A stretch of 64,000 nt of DNA from an uncultured Aquabacterium sp. (GCA_964554655.1 CAZKPN010000006.1:19909-83908), one strand, 5' to 3'. Counted from the first letter of the stretch, positions 12,486-25,016 are shown. Notes: generated from the letters alone by a model not told the origin. Made by a program: numbers and translations.

Positions 12486-13060
12486 GTCCAGCCAGCACAC
12501 CTCGCCGGTTGATCATTGGCATCACCGGCGCCAGTGGTGCCGTCTACGGCGTGCGCTTGCTGCAGCGTGCCCGCGCCCTCGGTGTCCAAACCCACCTGGT
12601 CGCTACCCCAGCCGGCATCCTGAACGTGCACCACGAATTGGGGCTGAACCGGTCCACGCTGGAAGCCCTGGCCGACCAGGCACATGCCCCTGGCGACATC
12701 GGTGCCTGCATTGCCAGCGGCAGCTTCAGCACCGATGCCATGGTCGTGGCCCCCTGCTCCATGAAGACACTGGCCGCCGTGGCCCATGGCCTGGGCGACA
12801 ACCTGCTGACCCGCGCCGCCGACGTCACCTTGAAAGAGCGCCGCCGCCTGATCCTCATGGTGCGCGAAACGCCCTTCAACCTGGCCCACTTGCGCAACAT
12901 GACTGCGGTGACCGAGATGGGCGGCATCATTTTCCCGCCCTTGCCAGCGTTCTACCATCGCCCGCAAAGCATCGACGAACTGGTCAATGACACGGTTGAG
13001 CGCGTCTTGAGCACCGCCGGCATCGCCTCAGCGCAACCCCAGGAGTGGCGAGGCCTGTAG
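12482..13060 (+). CDS. ubiX: Flavin prenyltransferase
   Basis: IIGITGASG, IASGSF, APCSMKTLA and RETP; GTG start overlaps the grxD stop. Confidence 0.95.
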   Translation: MSPASTPRRLIIGITGASGAVYGVRLLQRARALGVQTHLVATPAGILNVHHELGLNRSTLEALADQAHAPGDIGACIASGSFSTDAMVVAPCSMKTLAAVAHGLGDNLLTRAADVTLKERRRLILMVRETPFNLAHLRNMTAVTEMGGIIFPPLPAFYHRPQSIDELVNDTVERVLSTAGIASAQPQEWRGL

Positions 13061-13073
13061 CGCATTGGCGGTA

Positions 13074-13123
13074 TTGACGCTCCCACGTTTTTCCGCATGA
13101 TGGAGTCCATTCACACAAGGAGG
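13074..13123 (+). promoter_or_regulatory. Sigma70-type promoter and RBS of the SOD gene
   Basis: TTGACG (13074-13079), 16 nt, CATGAT (13096-13101); AAGGAGG RBS just upstream of ATG 13131. Confidence 0.55.
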
Positions 13124-13130
13124 ACTTCAA

Positions 13131-13844
13131 ATGACCGCAGACCTGTCACGCCGGCACCTGCTCGCCGCCGCAGCCACCACCGTCCTGGCCAGTAGCCCGC
13201 TCTGGGCCCATGCCGCCGACAAAACCACAGCCCCCCGCTTCACCTTGCCCGCCCTGCCCTGGGATGCCGCCTCGCTCGATCCGGTGATCTCGGCCAGTAC
13301 CATCGCGCAGCACCATGGCAAACACCACGCCGCTTACGTCGACAACCTCAACCGCCTGCTGCCCAACTCCACGCTGATGGATGCCGACAGCTTGGTGGAG
13401 ATCATCCAGCGCAGCGCCGGCAACGAAGCCTCGCGGAGCATCTTCAACAACGCCGCCCAGGTCTGGAATCACACCTTTTATTGGCAAAGCCTGCGCCCCA
13501 AAGGCGGCGGCACGCCGCCCTCTGAGCTGGCCAAACGCATCGACGCCGACTTCGGCTCTCTGGCAGGGCTGCGAGAAGCCACCCTGACCGCAGCCACCGG
13601 CCAATTCGGTGCAGGCTGGGTCTGGCTGGTGCTGGACAAGCGCCAAAAGAAGCTGACCGTCGTCAAAACCGGCAATGCCGACTCGCCCTTGACGCAAGAC
13701 AGCCTGGTGCCCCTGGCCACCATCGACGTGTGGGAACACGCCTACTACCTGGACTACCAGTCACGCCGCAAGGACTACGCTGCAGCGGTGTTCGACAAAT
13801 TGCTGAATTGGGAATTTGTGGCGGCCAACCTGGCGAAAGCCTGA
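13131..13844 (+). CDS. sodB: Fe-type superoxide dismutase with twin-arginine signal peptide
   Basis: SRRHLL Tat motif and AHA cleavage site; HHGKHHAAYVDNLN, FNNAAQVWNH (Fe-type) and DVWEHAYY. Confidence 0.9.
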   Translation: MTADLSRRHLLAAAATTVLASSPLWAHAADKTTAPRFTLPALPWDAASLDPVISASTIAQHHGKHHAAYVDNLNRLLPNSTLMDADSLVEIIQRSAGNEASRSIFNNAAQVWNHTFYWQSLRPKGGGTPPSELAKRIDADFGSLAGLREATLTAATGQFGAGWVWLVLDKRQKKLTVVKTGNADSPLTQDSLVPLATIDVWEHAYYLDYQSRRKDYAAAVFDKLLNWEFVAANLAKA

Positions 13845-13878
13845 ACCCACCCGCTTGATCAATTGACCAGTTGATCGC

Positions 13879-14532
13879 TCAGGGGCGGAAGGCCACGATC
13901 TGTGGCTGCACGTCAGGCAGCTTCCACTGGCGCACGGCCGCGAAAACCGCACTGGGGTATTCCGGCCGGCCCCGGCTGCCGTTGTAGCGGCCCAGCGCCA
14001 GGTACAGGTCTCCCCGCTCACGGTCCAGGTAGTGGCGCAGGATGATGCAGCCAAACCGCAGATTGGTCTGCATGTGGAACAGGCTGGCCGGATCACCCGT
14101 GCCGATCAGGCGTGACCAGAAAGGCATGATCTGCATGTAGCCCCGCGCGCCCACCGACGAGATCGCGTATTTGCGGAAACCGCTTTCCACCTGGATCAGG
14201 CCGAGCACCAGCGAAGGGTCCAGGCCCGCGCGCTTGGACTCGTACCAGACCGTTTGCAAGAACTCGCGGCGCAACTGCTCGTCGGGCTTGCGCTTCTTCA
14301 GGCGCAGGCCCGCCGCATCGGCCCAGCGGTCGAACTCGTATTTTTGCGTTTGATCGGCGAACACCAGCATGGGCGGCGCCGATTGGGCGGCAGCTGCCGA
14401 CAGGGCCGTGCGCACAGCATCGGCCAGCGGCTCTTCGGCTTGGGCACCGGCCCAGGCGGCATGGGCCAACATCAGCGATGCCACGCTTGCCCAACCCCAC
14501 CGCATCAGCACCGAACAGCCGCCTGCCTTCAT
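13879..14532 (-). CDS. Lytic transglycosylase (SLT domain)
   Basis: LIQVESGF (catalytic Glu), GARGYMQIMP and ALGRYNG. Confidence 0.9.
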   Translation of the reverse strand: MKAGGCSVLMRWGWASVASLMLAHAAWAGAQAEEPLADAVRTALSAAAAQSAPPMLVFADQTQKYEFDRWADAAGLRLKKRKPDEQLRREFLQTVWYESKRAGLDPSLVLGLIQVESGFRKYAISSVGARGYMQIMPFWSRLIGTGDPASLFHMQTNLRFGCIILRHYLDRERGDLYLALGRYNGSRGRPEYPSAVFAAVRQWKLPDVQPQIVAFRP

Positions 14533-14536
14533 CCCA

Positions 14537-16309
14537 TCACACCTTCACTCGCGCCTTGACCCAGGCCGCCACTTCGGCCACCGCCACCTTGGTCGCTTCC
14601 TTATCCTGGCGCCCCTGGTACTCAGCGATGCCATCCTTGAGGCCCTTGTCGCCCAGCACCACGCGGTGCGGCACGCCAATCAACTCCCAGTCCGCGAACA
14701 TCGCGCCAGGGCGCTCACCACGGTCGTCCAGGATCACGTCGATGCCGGCAGCGGCCAGGTCATCGTGCAACTGGTCAGCGGCGGCCTTGACGTCGGCTGA
14801 GCGGTCATAGCCGATCGGGCAGATCACCACGGTGAACGGTGCGATCGAATCGGGCCAGATGATGCCGCGCTCGTCGTGCTTTTGCTCGATGGCCGCGCCC
14901 AGGATGCGGGTCACGCCAATGCCGTAGCAACCCATCTCGAAATGCTTGGGGCGGCCGTCTTCATCGAGGAAGGTCGCGTTCATGGCCTTGGAGTACTTGG
15001 TGCCCAGGTAGAACACGTGGCCCACCTCGATGCCGCGCTGGATGGCCAGCACGCCTTGGCCGTCCGGGCTGGGGTCGCCTTCAACCACGTTGCGCAGGTC
15101 GGTCACCAGGTCAGGCTCGGGCAGGTCACGGCCCCAGTTCACGCCCTTCAGGTGGAAGCCCTCTTCATTCGCGCCGCACACGAAGTCGGCCATGTTGGCC
15201 ACGGTGCGGTCAGCGACCACCTTGACAGGTTTGGCCAGCTTGACCGGGCCCAGGTAACCGGGCTTGCAGCCGAAGTGCTCGATGATTTCTTTCTCGGTGG
15301 CGAAGCGGTGACCGGCCTTCAAGCCCGTCACCAGCCCAGTCGCATCGGCCAACTCGATCTTGCCCGCTTTGACTTCGTTCAGCTCGTGGTCGCCACGCAC
15401 CAGCAGCAGCCAGACGGTCGACTTGACGATCTCGCCCGCTTCATTCGTTTCGTCGGTGGCCAACACCAGAGACTTCACGGTCTGGCTCAGCGGCAAGCCC
15501 AGCAAGGCGGCCACATCGGGGCAAGTGCTTTTACCGGGCGTGGCGATCTTTTCAAGCGCCACCGACGCTGCAGCGCGCGATGCGATCAGCGGCACACCTT
15601 CAGCCAGCTCGATGTTGGCCGCGTAGTCACTGGTTGGGCAATAGACGATGGCGTCCTCGCCCGTGTCGGCGATGACCTGGAACTCGTGCGAACGATCGCC
15701 CCCAATGGCGCCGGTGTCGGCGGCCACGGCGCGGTATTGAAGACCGAGTCGGTCGAAGATGCGGCTGTAGGCGGCAAACATGATGTCGTAGCTTTTACCA
15801 GCGCAGGCCGCATCCCGATCGAAGGAATAAGCGTCCTTCATCGTGAATTCGCGGCCGCGCATCACGCCAAAGCGCGGACGGCGCTCATCGCGGAACTTGG
15901 TCTGCACATGGTAGAAGTTCTTGGGCAGCTGGCGGTAGCTGCGCAACTCTTGCCGGGCGATGTCCGTGACAACTTCCTCAGATGTCGGCTGGATGATGAA
16001 GTCGCGGCCATGCCGGTCCTTCACGCGCAACAGCTCGGGGCCCATGGTGTTGAAGCGGCCGGTCTCTTGCCAAAGCTCGGCGGGTTGCACCACCGGCATC
16101 AACAGCTCGATGGCACCAGCGCGGGCCATCTCTTCACGGATGATGCCCTCGACCTTGCGGATGGTGCGCAGGCCCATGGGCATGTAGTTGTACAGGCCGG
16201 CGCCCAGTTTCTTGATGAACCCGCCGCGCATCATCAGCTTGTGGCTGACGATCTCTGCATCGGCCGGGGCTTCTTTGAGTGTGGAAATGAAGAACTGGGA
16301 AGCTTGCAT
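14537..16309 (-). CDS. proS: Proline--tRNA ligase
   Basis: [35 protein letters not shown] editing domain and GIEVGHVF. Confidence 0.98.
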   Translation of the reverse strand: MQASQFFISTLKEAPADAEIVSHKLMMRGGFIKKLGAGLYNYMPMGLRTIRKVEGIIREEMARAGAIELLMPVVQPAELWQETGRFNTMGPELLRVKDRHGRDFIIQPTSEEVVTDIARQELRSYRQLPKNFYHVQTKFRDERRPRFGVMRGREFTMKDAYSFDRDAACAGKSYDIMFAAYSRIFDRLGLQYRAVAADTGAIGGDRSHEFQVIADTGEDAIVYCPTSDYAANIELAEGVPLIASRAAASVALEKIATPGKSTCPDVAALLGLPLSQTVKSLVLATDETNEAGEIVKSTVWLLLVRGDHELNEVKAGKIELADATGLVTGLKAGHRFATEKEIIEHFGCKPGYLGPVKLAKPVKVVADRTVANMADFVCGANEEGFHLKGVNWGRDLPEPDLVTDLRNVVEGDPSPDGQGVLAIQRGIEVGHVFYLGTKYSKAMNATFLDEDGRPKHFEMGCYGIGVTRILGAAIEQKHDERGIIWPDSIAPFTVVICPIGYDRSADVKAAADQLHDDLAAAGIDVILDDRGERPGAMFADWELIGVPHRVVLGDKGLKDGIAEYQGRQDKEATKVAVAEVAAWVKARVKV

Positions 16310-16403
16310 GGGTATGAAAAATGCACCGTTGTGTGAGGACTCGCGCTTGCGTTTCAACCGAGCGATGCAATAATGAAATCAGTTGAAAAATTCGGAGTTG
16401 ATT

Positions 16404-17033
16404 ATGCTCGACCGTGAAGGCTTTCGCCCCAACGTCGGCATCATCCTGCTCAATCATCGGAACCAGGTTTTTTGGGGCAAACGCATCCGCACCCATTCCT
16501 GGCAGTTTCCGCAAGGCGGCATCAAGCATGGCGAGTCGCCTGAGCAGGCGATGTTTCGCGAGCTCCACGAAGAAGTGGGCTTGCTGCCCGACCATGTGCG
16601 CATTGTTGCCCGCACCCGCGATTGGCTGCGCTATGAGGTGCCCAATCACTTCATCCGCAAGGATGCGCGCGGCCATTACAAAGGCCAAAAGCAGATCTGG
16701 TTTTTGTTGCAGCTCATGGGCCGCGACACGGACATGAACCTGCGCGCCTCAAACCACCCTGAGTTTGACGCCTGGCGTTGGCACGACTACTGGATCCCGC
16801 TGGAAACCGTGATTGAGTTCAAGCGTGATGTCTACCAATTGGCTTTGTCCGAATTGGCGCGCTTTCTGCCAAAACCACAAGGGCAGCAACCCAACCGTTA
16901 CTTGCGGGCCAACATGCGTGGCGCGCATCGGCTCGATGACATGCATGCAGACCTGGAAGGGTCAGAGGGCTCCGATCCGGCGGCCGGGCCCGATGATGAG
17001 ACCATCATCATCGTCAACGGCTCTCACCGCTGA
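16404..17033 (+). CDS. rppH: RNA pyrophosphohydrolase
   Basis: [14 protein letters not shown], Nudix box [22 protein letters not shown] and GQKQIWFL. Confidence 0.97.
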   Translation: MLDREGFRPNVGIILLNHRNQVFWGKRIRTHSWQFPQGGIKHGESPEQAMFRELHEEVGLLPDHVRIVARTRDWLRYEVPNHFIRKDARGHYKGQKQIWFLLQLMGRDTDMNLRASNHPEFDAWRWHDYWIPLETVIEFKRDVYQLALSELARFLPKPQGQQPNRYLRANMRGAHRLDDMHADLEGSEGSDPAAGPDDETIIIVNGSHR

Positions 17034-17093
17034 CCCTGTACGCCAAATCGGTGCTTGAGCCAAGGCAAGCTCAAGCACCCTGGCTCAAACAAC

Positions 17094-18137
17094 TCAGTCG
17101 ACTTCAGTCTTGCTGGCGCACTCGGCGTCAGAAGGGTTCACATCGCAACGGGCACGCTTGACGATGTTCAGGCCGCGCTTGTTGTAGATGCCCTGGTTGG
17201 CAATTTCAATGCGGGCTTCGCGGAACATCTGCACGTACTTGGGGATGTTTTCCGGAGGAAGGTCAACCCACATGTTGGCTGGCACGCCCTTCTCGGCCAC
17301 GTCAATGAAGTGCAAGGCACGGTCGAACTGTGTCACCCAGTATTGACGCGACTTCTCGCCAAAACCCTCGGGGAACTTCGACTTGTTCAGCACGATCTGC
17401 ACGGTCGGGATCAGAATCGGCAGGCGGCCAATGCCACCGGTGGTACCAATGCCCTTGTAAAGTTCAAAGGGCTTGAAGGCCACGGCCGGCAGGGTCACCA
17501 TGTCGACCGAGCCATTGTTGAACTTGGGGCCGATGTTGGTCACGTCGGCGGACACGGGCTGGGCGCCGATGCGCTGGATCATCACGCCCTGGGCCTTGTC
17601 GTAGTCAAACGCAGCGATCTTCTTGCCAGACAGGGCTTCGACCGAGTTGATCTTGCGGTCGCGAACGATGGGATAGGCCGCGCCCAGGGGGAACATGCCG
17701 CCGACCTCGTAGTTGCCTTCCACCATCAGCTTGGCAGCCTGAGGCAGACTGAACACCTGGATGACCTTGCGCACCACTTCGTAGCTGGCCTTGATGTCGA
17801 TCTTGCCGTTGCGCACGATGGTGGTGGCGCCAATGCTGTCAAGGGCACCGGAGATGGCGTTGAAAGGACGGGTCCGCAAAGTGGTGGCAATCACGGCATC
17901 ACATTGGCCCGAACGGAACTCTTCAATCGCCACGCGCTCGTCGACGTAGTTCTTGACTTCCATTTCGACGCCGTGCTTTTGCATCGCCACGAGATAGTCC
18001 ACCGCTGATGACGTCACGTCACCCGACTTGCCCGCCACGTCCCACACGCAGATCTGGGATTTGGCCATCACGGGGGTGGCCACACAACCTGCCACTGCCA
18101 ACACCGCGGCAGCCTTTGACCATGATTTCATTTTCAT
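17094..18137 (-). CDS. Periplasmic putative solute-binding protein (DctP-like; DUF6091/AdeT-like)
   Basis: Signal peptide (KSWSKAAAVLAVAGCVATPVMA), ICVWDVAGKSG, FRSGQCDA, YEVGGMFPLGAAY and GKKIAAFDYDKAQ; family recalled from Acinetobacter AdeT-like proteins. Confidence 0.65.
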   Translation of the reverse strand: MKMKSWSKAAAVLAVAGCVATPVMAKSQICVWDVAGKSGDVTSSAVDYLVAMQKHGVEMEVKNYVDERVAIEEFRSGQCDAVIATTLRTRPFNAISGALDSIGATTIVRNGKIDIKASYEVVRKVIQVFSLPQAAKLMVEGNYEVGGMFPLGAAYPIVRDRKINSVEALSGKKIAAFDYDKAQGVMIQRIGAQPVSADVTNIGPKFNNGSVDMVTLPAVAFKPFELYKGIGTTGGIGRLPILIPTVQIVLNKSKFPEGFGEKSRQYWVTQFDRALHFIDVAEKGVPANMWVDLPPENIPKYVQMFREARIEIANQGIYNKRGLNIVKRARCDVNPSDAECASKTEVD

Positions 18138-18308
18138 CTGAGTCCTTTGATTCACTGACATTGATGTCTCCACGTTTTGTGGACATCCGCACCGCCAAAT
18201 GGTTCCAACTTTGTTCAACAACAAGGGGGACCCCGATTCAACGCGGAATTGGCGCCCAACACGGACAGGGTGAACCCCTAACCAACCACCAACTTAATGG
18301 GGAAGTGA

Positions 18309-19427
18309 TCAGACAAGGACCAGGTTGTCTCGGTGGATCATTTCGGGCTCACCGGTGAAACCCAGCAAGGCCTCGAATTCGCTGGAAGGCTTGCGCGCGA
18401 TGCGACGGGCCTCGCTGCTCGCGTAGTTGGCCAGGCCACGCGCCACGTCTTGCCCTTGGGCAGTGCGAACAGCGATGACGTCGCCACGGTGAAACTCACC
18501 CACCACTTCGGTCATGCCGATGGGCAGCAGGCTTTTGCCTTCATCGCGCAGCTTGGCCACCGCGCCATCGTCAATGACCACCGCGCCGCGAAGTTGCAGG
18601 TGGTCGGCCATCCACTGCTTGCGGGCAGCCACCTTGGCCGTGGTGGCCACGAACAGCGTGCCGATCGACTCGCCTTGAGACAGGCGCACCAGCACATCGG
18701 TCTCGCGCCCCCAGGCCACCACCGTGTTGGCGCCACTGCCAGCCGCACGCTTGGCGGCCAGCACCTTGGTGATCATGCCGCCACGGCCAATGCTGGAGCC
18801 CGCACCACCGGCCATCTGCTCCAAAGCCGGGTCGCCCGCGGTGGCCACGTCGATGAAGCGCGCGTTGGCGTCCTTGCGCGGGTCAGCGCTGTACAGGCCT
18901 TTCTGGTCGGTCAGGATGATCAGGGCATCGGCCTCGACCAGGTTGGCCACCAACGCGCCCAGGGTATCGTTGTCACCGAACTTGATTTCGTCGGTGACCA
19001 CGGTGTCGTTCTCGTTGATGACAGGCACGACCTTGTGCGACAGCAAGGTCAGCAAGGTGGAGCGGGCATTGAGGTAGCGCTCGCGGTCCGCCAGGTCGGC
19101 GTGCGTGAGCAGCACTTGCGCACTGCCCAGGCCATGCTCGCTGAGCTTGGTCTCGTACATCTGGGCCAGGCCCATCTGGCCGACGGCAGCAGCAGCCTGA
19201 AGCTCGTGCAGTTCCTTGGGGCGGGTAGCCCAACCCAGGCGCTTCATGCCCTCGGCGATGGCACCGCTGGACACCATGATGACCTCGCGCCCGTCTTGCG
19301 CCAGGGCCGCCAACTGGCGGCACCAGGTGCCGATGGCTTCGGCATCAATGCCCCGGCCTTCGTTGGTGACCAGGCTGGAGCCCACTTTGACCACGATGCG
19401 GCGGGCGTTTTTCAGGACGTCATTCAT
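18309..19427 (-). CDS. proB: Glutamate 5-kinase
   Basis: [32 protein letters not shown] and a C-terminal PUA domain. Confidence 0.98.
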   Translation of the reverse strand: MNDVLKNARRIVVKVGSSLVTNEGRGIDAEAIGTWCRQLAALAQDGREVIMVSSGAIAEGMKRLGWATRPKELHELQAAAAVGQMGLAQMYETKLSEHGLGSAQVLLTHADLADRERYLNARSTLLTLLSHKVVPVINENDTVVTDEIKFGDNDTLGALVANLVEADALIILTDQKGLYSADPRKDANARFIDVATAGDPALEQMAGGAGSSIGRGGMITKVLAAKRAAGSGANTVVAWGRETDVLVRLSQGESIGTLFVATTAKVAARKQWMADHLQLRGAVVIDDGAVAKLRDEGKSLLPIGMTEVVGEFHRGDVIAVRTAQGQDVARGLANYASSEARRIARKPSSEFEALLGFTGEPEMIHRDNLVLV

Positions 19428-19455
19428 GGTTCAAGGCGCGATGAGATGAGCTGGA

Positions 19456-20880
<1,425 letters not shown>

Positions 20881-20926
20881 TTATCGACATGAAAGCCGGC
20901 TGCTTTGGCCGCCGGCGAAAAAACGC

Positions 20927-20957
20927 AAAAGCCCCGGCGAGCCGGGGCCTTTTTTTT
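20927..20957. terminator. Bidirectional intrinsic terminator between rpmA and obgE
   Basis: AAAA-GCCCCGGC-GA-GCCGGGGC-CTTTTTTTT hairpin with A and T tracts on both flanks. Confidence 0.8.
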
Positions 20958-21007
20958 GAAAGCCAATCAGCAGCAGGCCCTGAAGGACCCAACCGCTGAA
21001 GTGACGA

Positions 21008-21265
21008 TCAGACCGGAGTCACGACCACCGTCTTGCGGTTCAAAGAACCCTTGACGGTGAAGGACACGGTGCCGTCGACCAGTGCGAACAGGGTGTGATC
21101 GCGGCCCATGCCGACGTTGGTACCTGCATGGAAGCGGGTGCCACGTTGGCGGACAATGATCGAACCTGCCGACACGAGCTGGCTACCGAAAGCCTTGACG
21201 CCGAGCATCTTTGGTTGGGAGTCGCGGCCGTTCCGCGTGGAACCGCCGCCTTTTTTCTGTGCCAT
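21008..21265 (-). CDS. rpmA: 50S ribosomal protein L27
   Basis: [24 protein letters not shown]. Confidence 0.99.
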   Translation of the reverse strand: MAQKKGGGSTRNGRDSQPKMLGVKAFGSQLVSAGSIIVRQRGTRFHAGTNVGMGRDHTLFALVDGTVSFTVKGSLNRKTVVVTPV

Positions 21266-21283
21266 GGATCTGCTCCTTGGTGG

Positions 21284-21595
21284 TTAGGCGTTCACTGAGC
21301 TGATTTGCAGCTCGGTGTAGTTCTGACGATGGCCTTGGCGCTTTTGATAGTGCTTACGGCGGCGCATCTTGAAGATGCGCACTTTGTCGTGACGACCTTG
21401 CGACAGAACGATTGCTTTGACGGTTGCGCCAGCCACCAAGGGCGTGCCGACTTTCAATTCAGCGCCGAATCCGACAGCCAAAATTTGGTCGATCACGATC
21501 TCTTGGCCAACGTCCGCAGTAATCTGTTCTACTTTGATCTTTTCGCCAGCAGCAACTTTGTATTGCTTGCCGCCGGTTTTTATGACCGCGTACAT
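21284..21595 (-). CDS. rplU: 50S ribosomal protein L21
   Basis: [14 protein letters not shown]...GHRQNYTE. Confidence 0.99.
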   Translation of the reverse strand: MYAVIKTGGKQYKVAAGEKIKVEQITADVGQEIVIDQILAVGFGAELKVGTPLVAGATVKAIVLSQGRHDKVRIFKMRRRKHYQKRQGHRQNYTELQISSVNA

Positions 21596-21741
21596 AGGGA
21601 GACCTTTCAAATATCTGATGCCCGCTTGTCAAACAGCATCTCAAACAGGGTCGCGGCGATCAGATCAGGAAAAATCCCGAGTCTTCTACACACGTCTGCA
21701 TTGAGGCCGCATTGAAAAGAAGGCGACGAATCTCCGCACAC

Positions 21742-23097
21742 TCAAAGTGCGAAGCTCTCGATACTACCACGGGGTCTGCCGTGTTTGCAAGCATCAACCC
21801 CTGACGCCCTGCTTTCCATGGCCTGGGCGGCATGGATGATGGGGCTGCCGCCCTCTCCCATGCTCTGGCTGAAGGGGTCTTGGCCCTCGCCGGGTGCCGA
21901 GCCGTCCTTCGGGGCGCCCCAGCCGAAAAAGGCCGTCACTTCGTCGCGTTTGGCCAGGGCATCGGTGAAGCCCAAGTGGATCAGCTCGCGGGTGAACGAC
22001 GACTCGAACAACAAATAGCTGGCCAGCGCCGAGCCTCGGGCGGTCTTGCCACGACCATACACACCGACCGCGCGCAACATGCCGCGCACAGCGGGTGGCA
22101 AGGCCCACAGGTGGCGGGCGGCGATGTCGTCGATGCGCTGGCTGGGTGCGATCACCAGCACGTCCACCGGACGCAGCTTGGAGCGCTCGCGCGCCTCGTC
22201 CGACATCAGGCTGAGGGTGCTGTTGACGCGCTGCATGCGCTCGATGTCCACCGCCAGGGCGTCCAGGAAGATGCTAGACATGGCGTGGCCAGCGATCTGC
22301 GCCAGGTTGGGATATTCGAGGATGGTGTCGCGTGGCGCGGGGGGTTCGTGCAGGCGGCCGGCACCGATCACCAGGATGCGGTCGGCGCCCAAGTGGATGG
22401 CCGGCGACATGGGCGCGGCCTGGCGCATGGAGCCATCGCCAAAATAATGCGGACGACCATTGACCGTCAACTGCACGGCCGGGAAGACGAAGGGGATGGC
22501 GCTGGAGGCCATCAGGTGCTCGATCGACAGGCTGTCGCGGACGCTGATGCGCTGGGAACGGTCCCAGGAGGCCACCGGCTCGGCGCAATCGTAGAAGGTG
22601 ACGTGCTCGCCGGTGGTGTAGCTGGACGCGGAGATCGCCACGGCGTGGAGGTGCCCCTCCTCCATCAGCTTGGGCAGGCGATCGATCTTGAACAGGTCGG
22701 GCAACAGTTCGCGCAAGGGCTCGTTGTCGAGCAGGGAGCGTGGGCGCGCCCGACGCCAGCGGGCCAAAGCCCAACCGAGCGAGAACAGGGTTAGCCACTG
22801 GGCGCCACTGCGGATGATGCCCAGTGAGTCGGAGTGGTAGACCTGCTCGGATTTGAAATCGCGCCAAACCTCGACCATGGCGCGCACGGCCAGCTCGAAG
22901 TGGTCAGCCCGGCAGGCCAGCCCCAAACCATTGAGGGCGCCGGCCGAGGTGCCGCAGATGATTTGGAAAGGATTGCCGCGCTGCTTTTCGCCGCTGTCGC
23001 GCCGGATCAGCATCATGGCTTGAAGCACGCCGACCTGGTAGGCGGCGCGGGCGCCACCGCCAGTGAGGACCAAAGCTGTTTTTCCGGGCAGGCTCAT
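21742..23097 (-). CDS. Patatin-like phospholipase
   Basis: [18 protein letters not shown] nucleophile elbow and DGS catalytic Asp. Confidence 0.92.
   Translation of the reverse strand: MSLPGKTALVLTGGGARAAYQVGVLQAMMLIRRDSGEKQRGNPFQIICGTSAGALNGLGLACRADHFELAVRAMVEVWRDFKSEQVYHSDSLGIIRSGAQWLTLFSLGWALARWRRARPRSLLDNEPLRELLPDLFKIDRLPKLMEEGHLHAVAISASSYTTGEHVTFYDCAEPVASWDRSQRISVRDSLSIEHLMASSAIPFVFPAVQLTVNGRPHYFGDGSMRQAAPMSPAIHLGADRILVIGAGRLHEPPAPRDTILEYPNLAQIAGHAMSSIFLDALAVDIERMQRVNSTLSLMSDEARERSKLRPVDVLVIAPSQRIDDIAARHLWALPPAVRGMLRAVGVYGRGKTARGSALASYLLFESSFTRELIHLGFTDALAKRDEVTAFFGWGAPKDGSAPGEGQDPFSQSMGEGGSPIIHAAQAMESRASGVDACKHGRPRGSIESFAL
21761..21790 (-). promoter_or_regulatory. Probable sigma70 promoter of rplU-rpmA, inside the 3' end of the patatin gene
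   Basis: Minus strand TTGCAA (21790-21785), 18 nt, TAGTAT (21766-21761). Confidence 0.4.
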
Positions 23098-23148
23098 AAG
23101 GCTCTTATCGGCACAAAGCCGTCAGATCTGAGTCGGAAGATACCCTCA

Positions 23149-24081
23149 TCAGGGGCGAAGACGCATCAAGGTGGACTTGCCGAACAGGCTTTCGACCAAG
23201 TCGACCACCAGTTCGGCGGTTCTGTTTTGCAAGTCCCGGGCCGGGTTCAGCTCCATGATGTCCAGGGACGACAGGCGGCCGGTGTCGGCGATCATTTCCA
23301 TGCACAGCTGGGCTTCGCGGTAGGTGGGGCCGCCGCGCACGGCCGTGCCCACGCCAGGCGCGATGTCGGGGTCCAGAAAATCAACGTCGAAGCTGACGTG
23401 CAGGTGGGTGCGTTCGTCCACCCCCATCAAGGCCTGCTGCATGACGGCGCGCATGCCGTGCTCGTCCAGGTGGCGCATGTCGAAGACTTCCAGGCCCTGG
23501 GCGTGCACGAATTGGCGCTCATGTTCGTCCACGCTGCGCACGCCGATCAGGCGCAGTTCGTCGCGCGACAGGGCCGGCTGCGGCAAGCCGGCGGCCGCCA
23601 GGTGCACCAGGTCATCCGGGCCCAGGCCGAACAGCACGGCCACGGGCATGCCATGCAGGTTGCCGCTGGGGGTGATGTCGCTGGTGTTGAAATCGGCGTG
23701 GGCGTCCAGCCAGATGACGCGCAGGTTCTGGCCGGTGGCGCGGCAATGAGCGGCGACGGCGCCGATCGAACCCATGGCGAGGCAATGGTCGCCGCCCAGC
23801 AGCATGGGCATCTCACCGGTCGCCAAGGCGGCGGACACGGCCTGGAAAACCTGCTGGTTCCAGGCGAGTACTTCCTTCAGGTGGCGGTGCCCATTCACGG
23901 GTGGCTGCCAGGGGTTGGTGGGCCCAATCAGGTTGCCGCCATCGTTGACCGTCAGGCCCAGCCGAGCCAAAGCCTCCGGCAGACCGGCCACTCGCAAGGC
24001 CTCGGGCCCCAGGCCAGCCCCGCGCATGCTGGCCCCCACGTCGGTGGGCGCGCCGATGAGTCTGACGATGCTGTCGTTCAT
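23149..24081 (-). CDS. rocF: Arginase
   Basis: LGGDHC, WLDAHADFN, SGNLHGMP, SFDVDFLDP and ELNP. Confidence 0.92.
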   Translation of the reverse strand: MNDSIVRLIGAPTDVGASMRGAGLGPEALRVAGLPEALARLGLTVNDGGNLIGPTNPWQPPVNGHRHLKEVLAWNQQVFQAVSAALATGEMPMLLGGDHCLAMGSIGAVAAHCRATGQNLRVIWLDAHADFNTSDITPSGNLHGMPVAVLFGLGPDDLVHLAAAGLPQPALSRDELRLIGVRSVDEHERQFVHAQGLEVFDMRHLDEHGMRAVMQQALMGVDERTHLHVSFDVDFLDPDIAPGVGTAVRGGPTYREAQLCMEMIADTGRLSSLDIMELNPARDLQNRTAELVVDLVESLFGKSTLMRLRP

Positions 24082-24110
24082 GCGGGCCCCTTTTCCATGT
24101 GAGGCCTGCC

Positions 24111-25016
24111 TTACCAGCCGCAGGCCGAGTCTTCGTCCGGCCGCCCCAGGCCGTAGACCTGCTGCAGCGTTTCCCAGGCCTCGTCGGCGGTTTCAACGTA
24201 GCGGAACAGGTGCACATCGCCCGGGCTGATCATGCCGGTGTCCACCAGGTGGTCGATGTTGATGAGCTTGGTCCAGAATTCGCGCCCGACCAGCAACACG
24301 GGGCGTTTGCGGCATTTGCCGGTCTGCATCAGGGTGAGCGCTTCGAACAGTTCGTCCAGCGTGCCAAACCCGCCCGGGAAGCACACCAGGGCCACCGAGC
24401 GCATCAGAAAATGCATCTTGCGCAGCGCAAAGTAGTGGAACTGGAAGCACAGCCGGGGCGTGATGTAGGGATTGGGCTCCTGCTCGTGGGGCAACACGAT
24501 GTTCAGGCCGATGCTCTTGCCACCCACCTCGAAAGCACCACGGTTGCCCGCCTCCATGATGCCGGGGCCGCCCCCGGTGACCACGTAGATGGGCGTTTGC
24601 AGTTGGGCCGAATGGGTGGTGACCAGGGTGGCGAACTTGCGCGCCTCTTCATAGTAATGCGACATCTCCTGGTGCCGGCGGGCCTGGCGCACAGCCACTT
24701 CGCGCTCGGACCCTTCGGGCAGGGCCTCCGCTTCGGTGAGGCGAGCCTGGGCCTCATCGGCGGGCAGGATGCGGGCGCTGCCGAACATCACGATGGTGGA
24801 TTTGATGCCTTCTTCGCGCTGAACCATCTCAGGCTTGAGCAACTCCAGCTGCATGCGCACCGGGCGCAGGTCTGGGTTGAGCAGGAACTCCGGGTCGGCA
24901 AATGCCAGGTCATAGCTGCTGTCGGCGCCCGCGTACAGCGAGGGCTTGGCCGCGTTACGCGCGTCCTGAACCGCTGTGGGGAAGTTACGTTCAAGCAGTT
25001 CTTTGGGGTTGTTCAT
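24111..25016 (-). CDS. LOG-family (Rossmann-fold, TIGR00730-like) nucleotide phosphoribohydrolase
   Basis: FGSAR, TGGGPGIMEAGNRGA, FHYFALRKMHF and PGGFGTLDE. Confidence 0.88.
   Translation of the reverse strand: MNNPKELLERNFPTAVQDARNAAKPSLYAGADSSYDLAFADPEFLLNPDLRPVRMQLELLKPEMVQREEGIKSTIVMFGSARILPADEAQARLTEAEALPEGSEREVAVRQARRHQEMSHYYEEARKFATLVTTHSAQLQTPIYVVTGGGPGIMEAGNRGAFEVGGKSIGLNIVLPHEQEPNPYITPRLCFQFHYFALRKMHFLMRSVALVCFPGGFGTLDELFEALTLMQTGKCRKRPVLLVGREFWTKLINIDHLVDTGMISPGDVHLFRYVETADEAWETLQQVYGLGRPDEDSACGW

Noticed and set aside
15325-15365. Short apparent insertion in the ProS editing domain ([10 protein letters not shown])
   Set aside because: No DNA symmetry, and this loop is variable among homologs.
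16890-17033. C-terminal acidic extension of RppH
   Set aside because: Variable tails are common in betaproteobacterial RppH.
23149-24081. Arginase as part of the cyanophycin system
   Set aside because: It lies ~37 kb from the cph locus with no shared regulatory signal; plausible metabolically but unsupported here.
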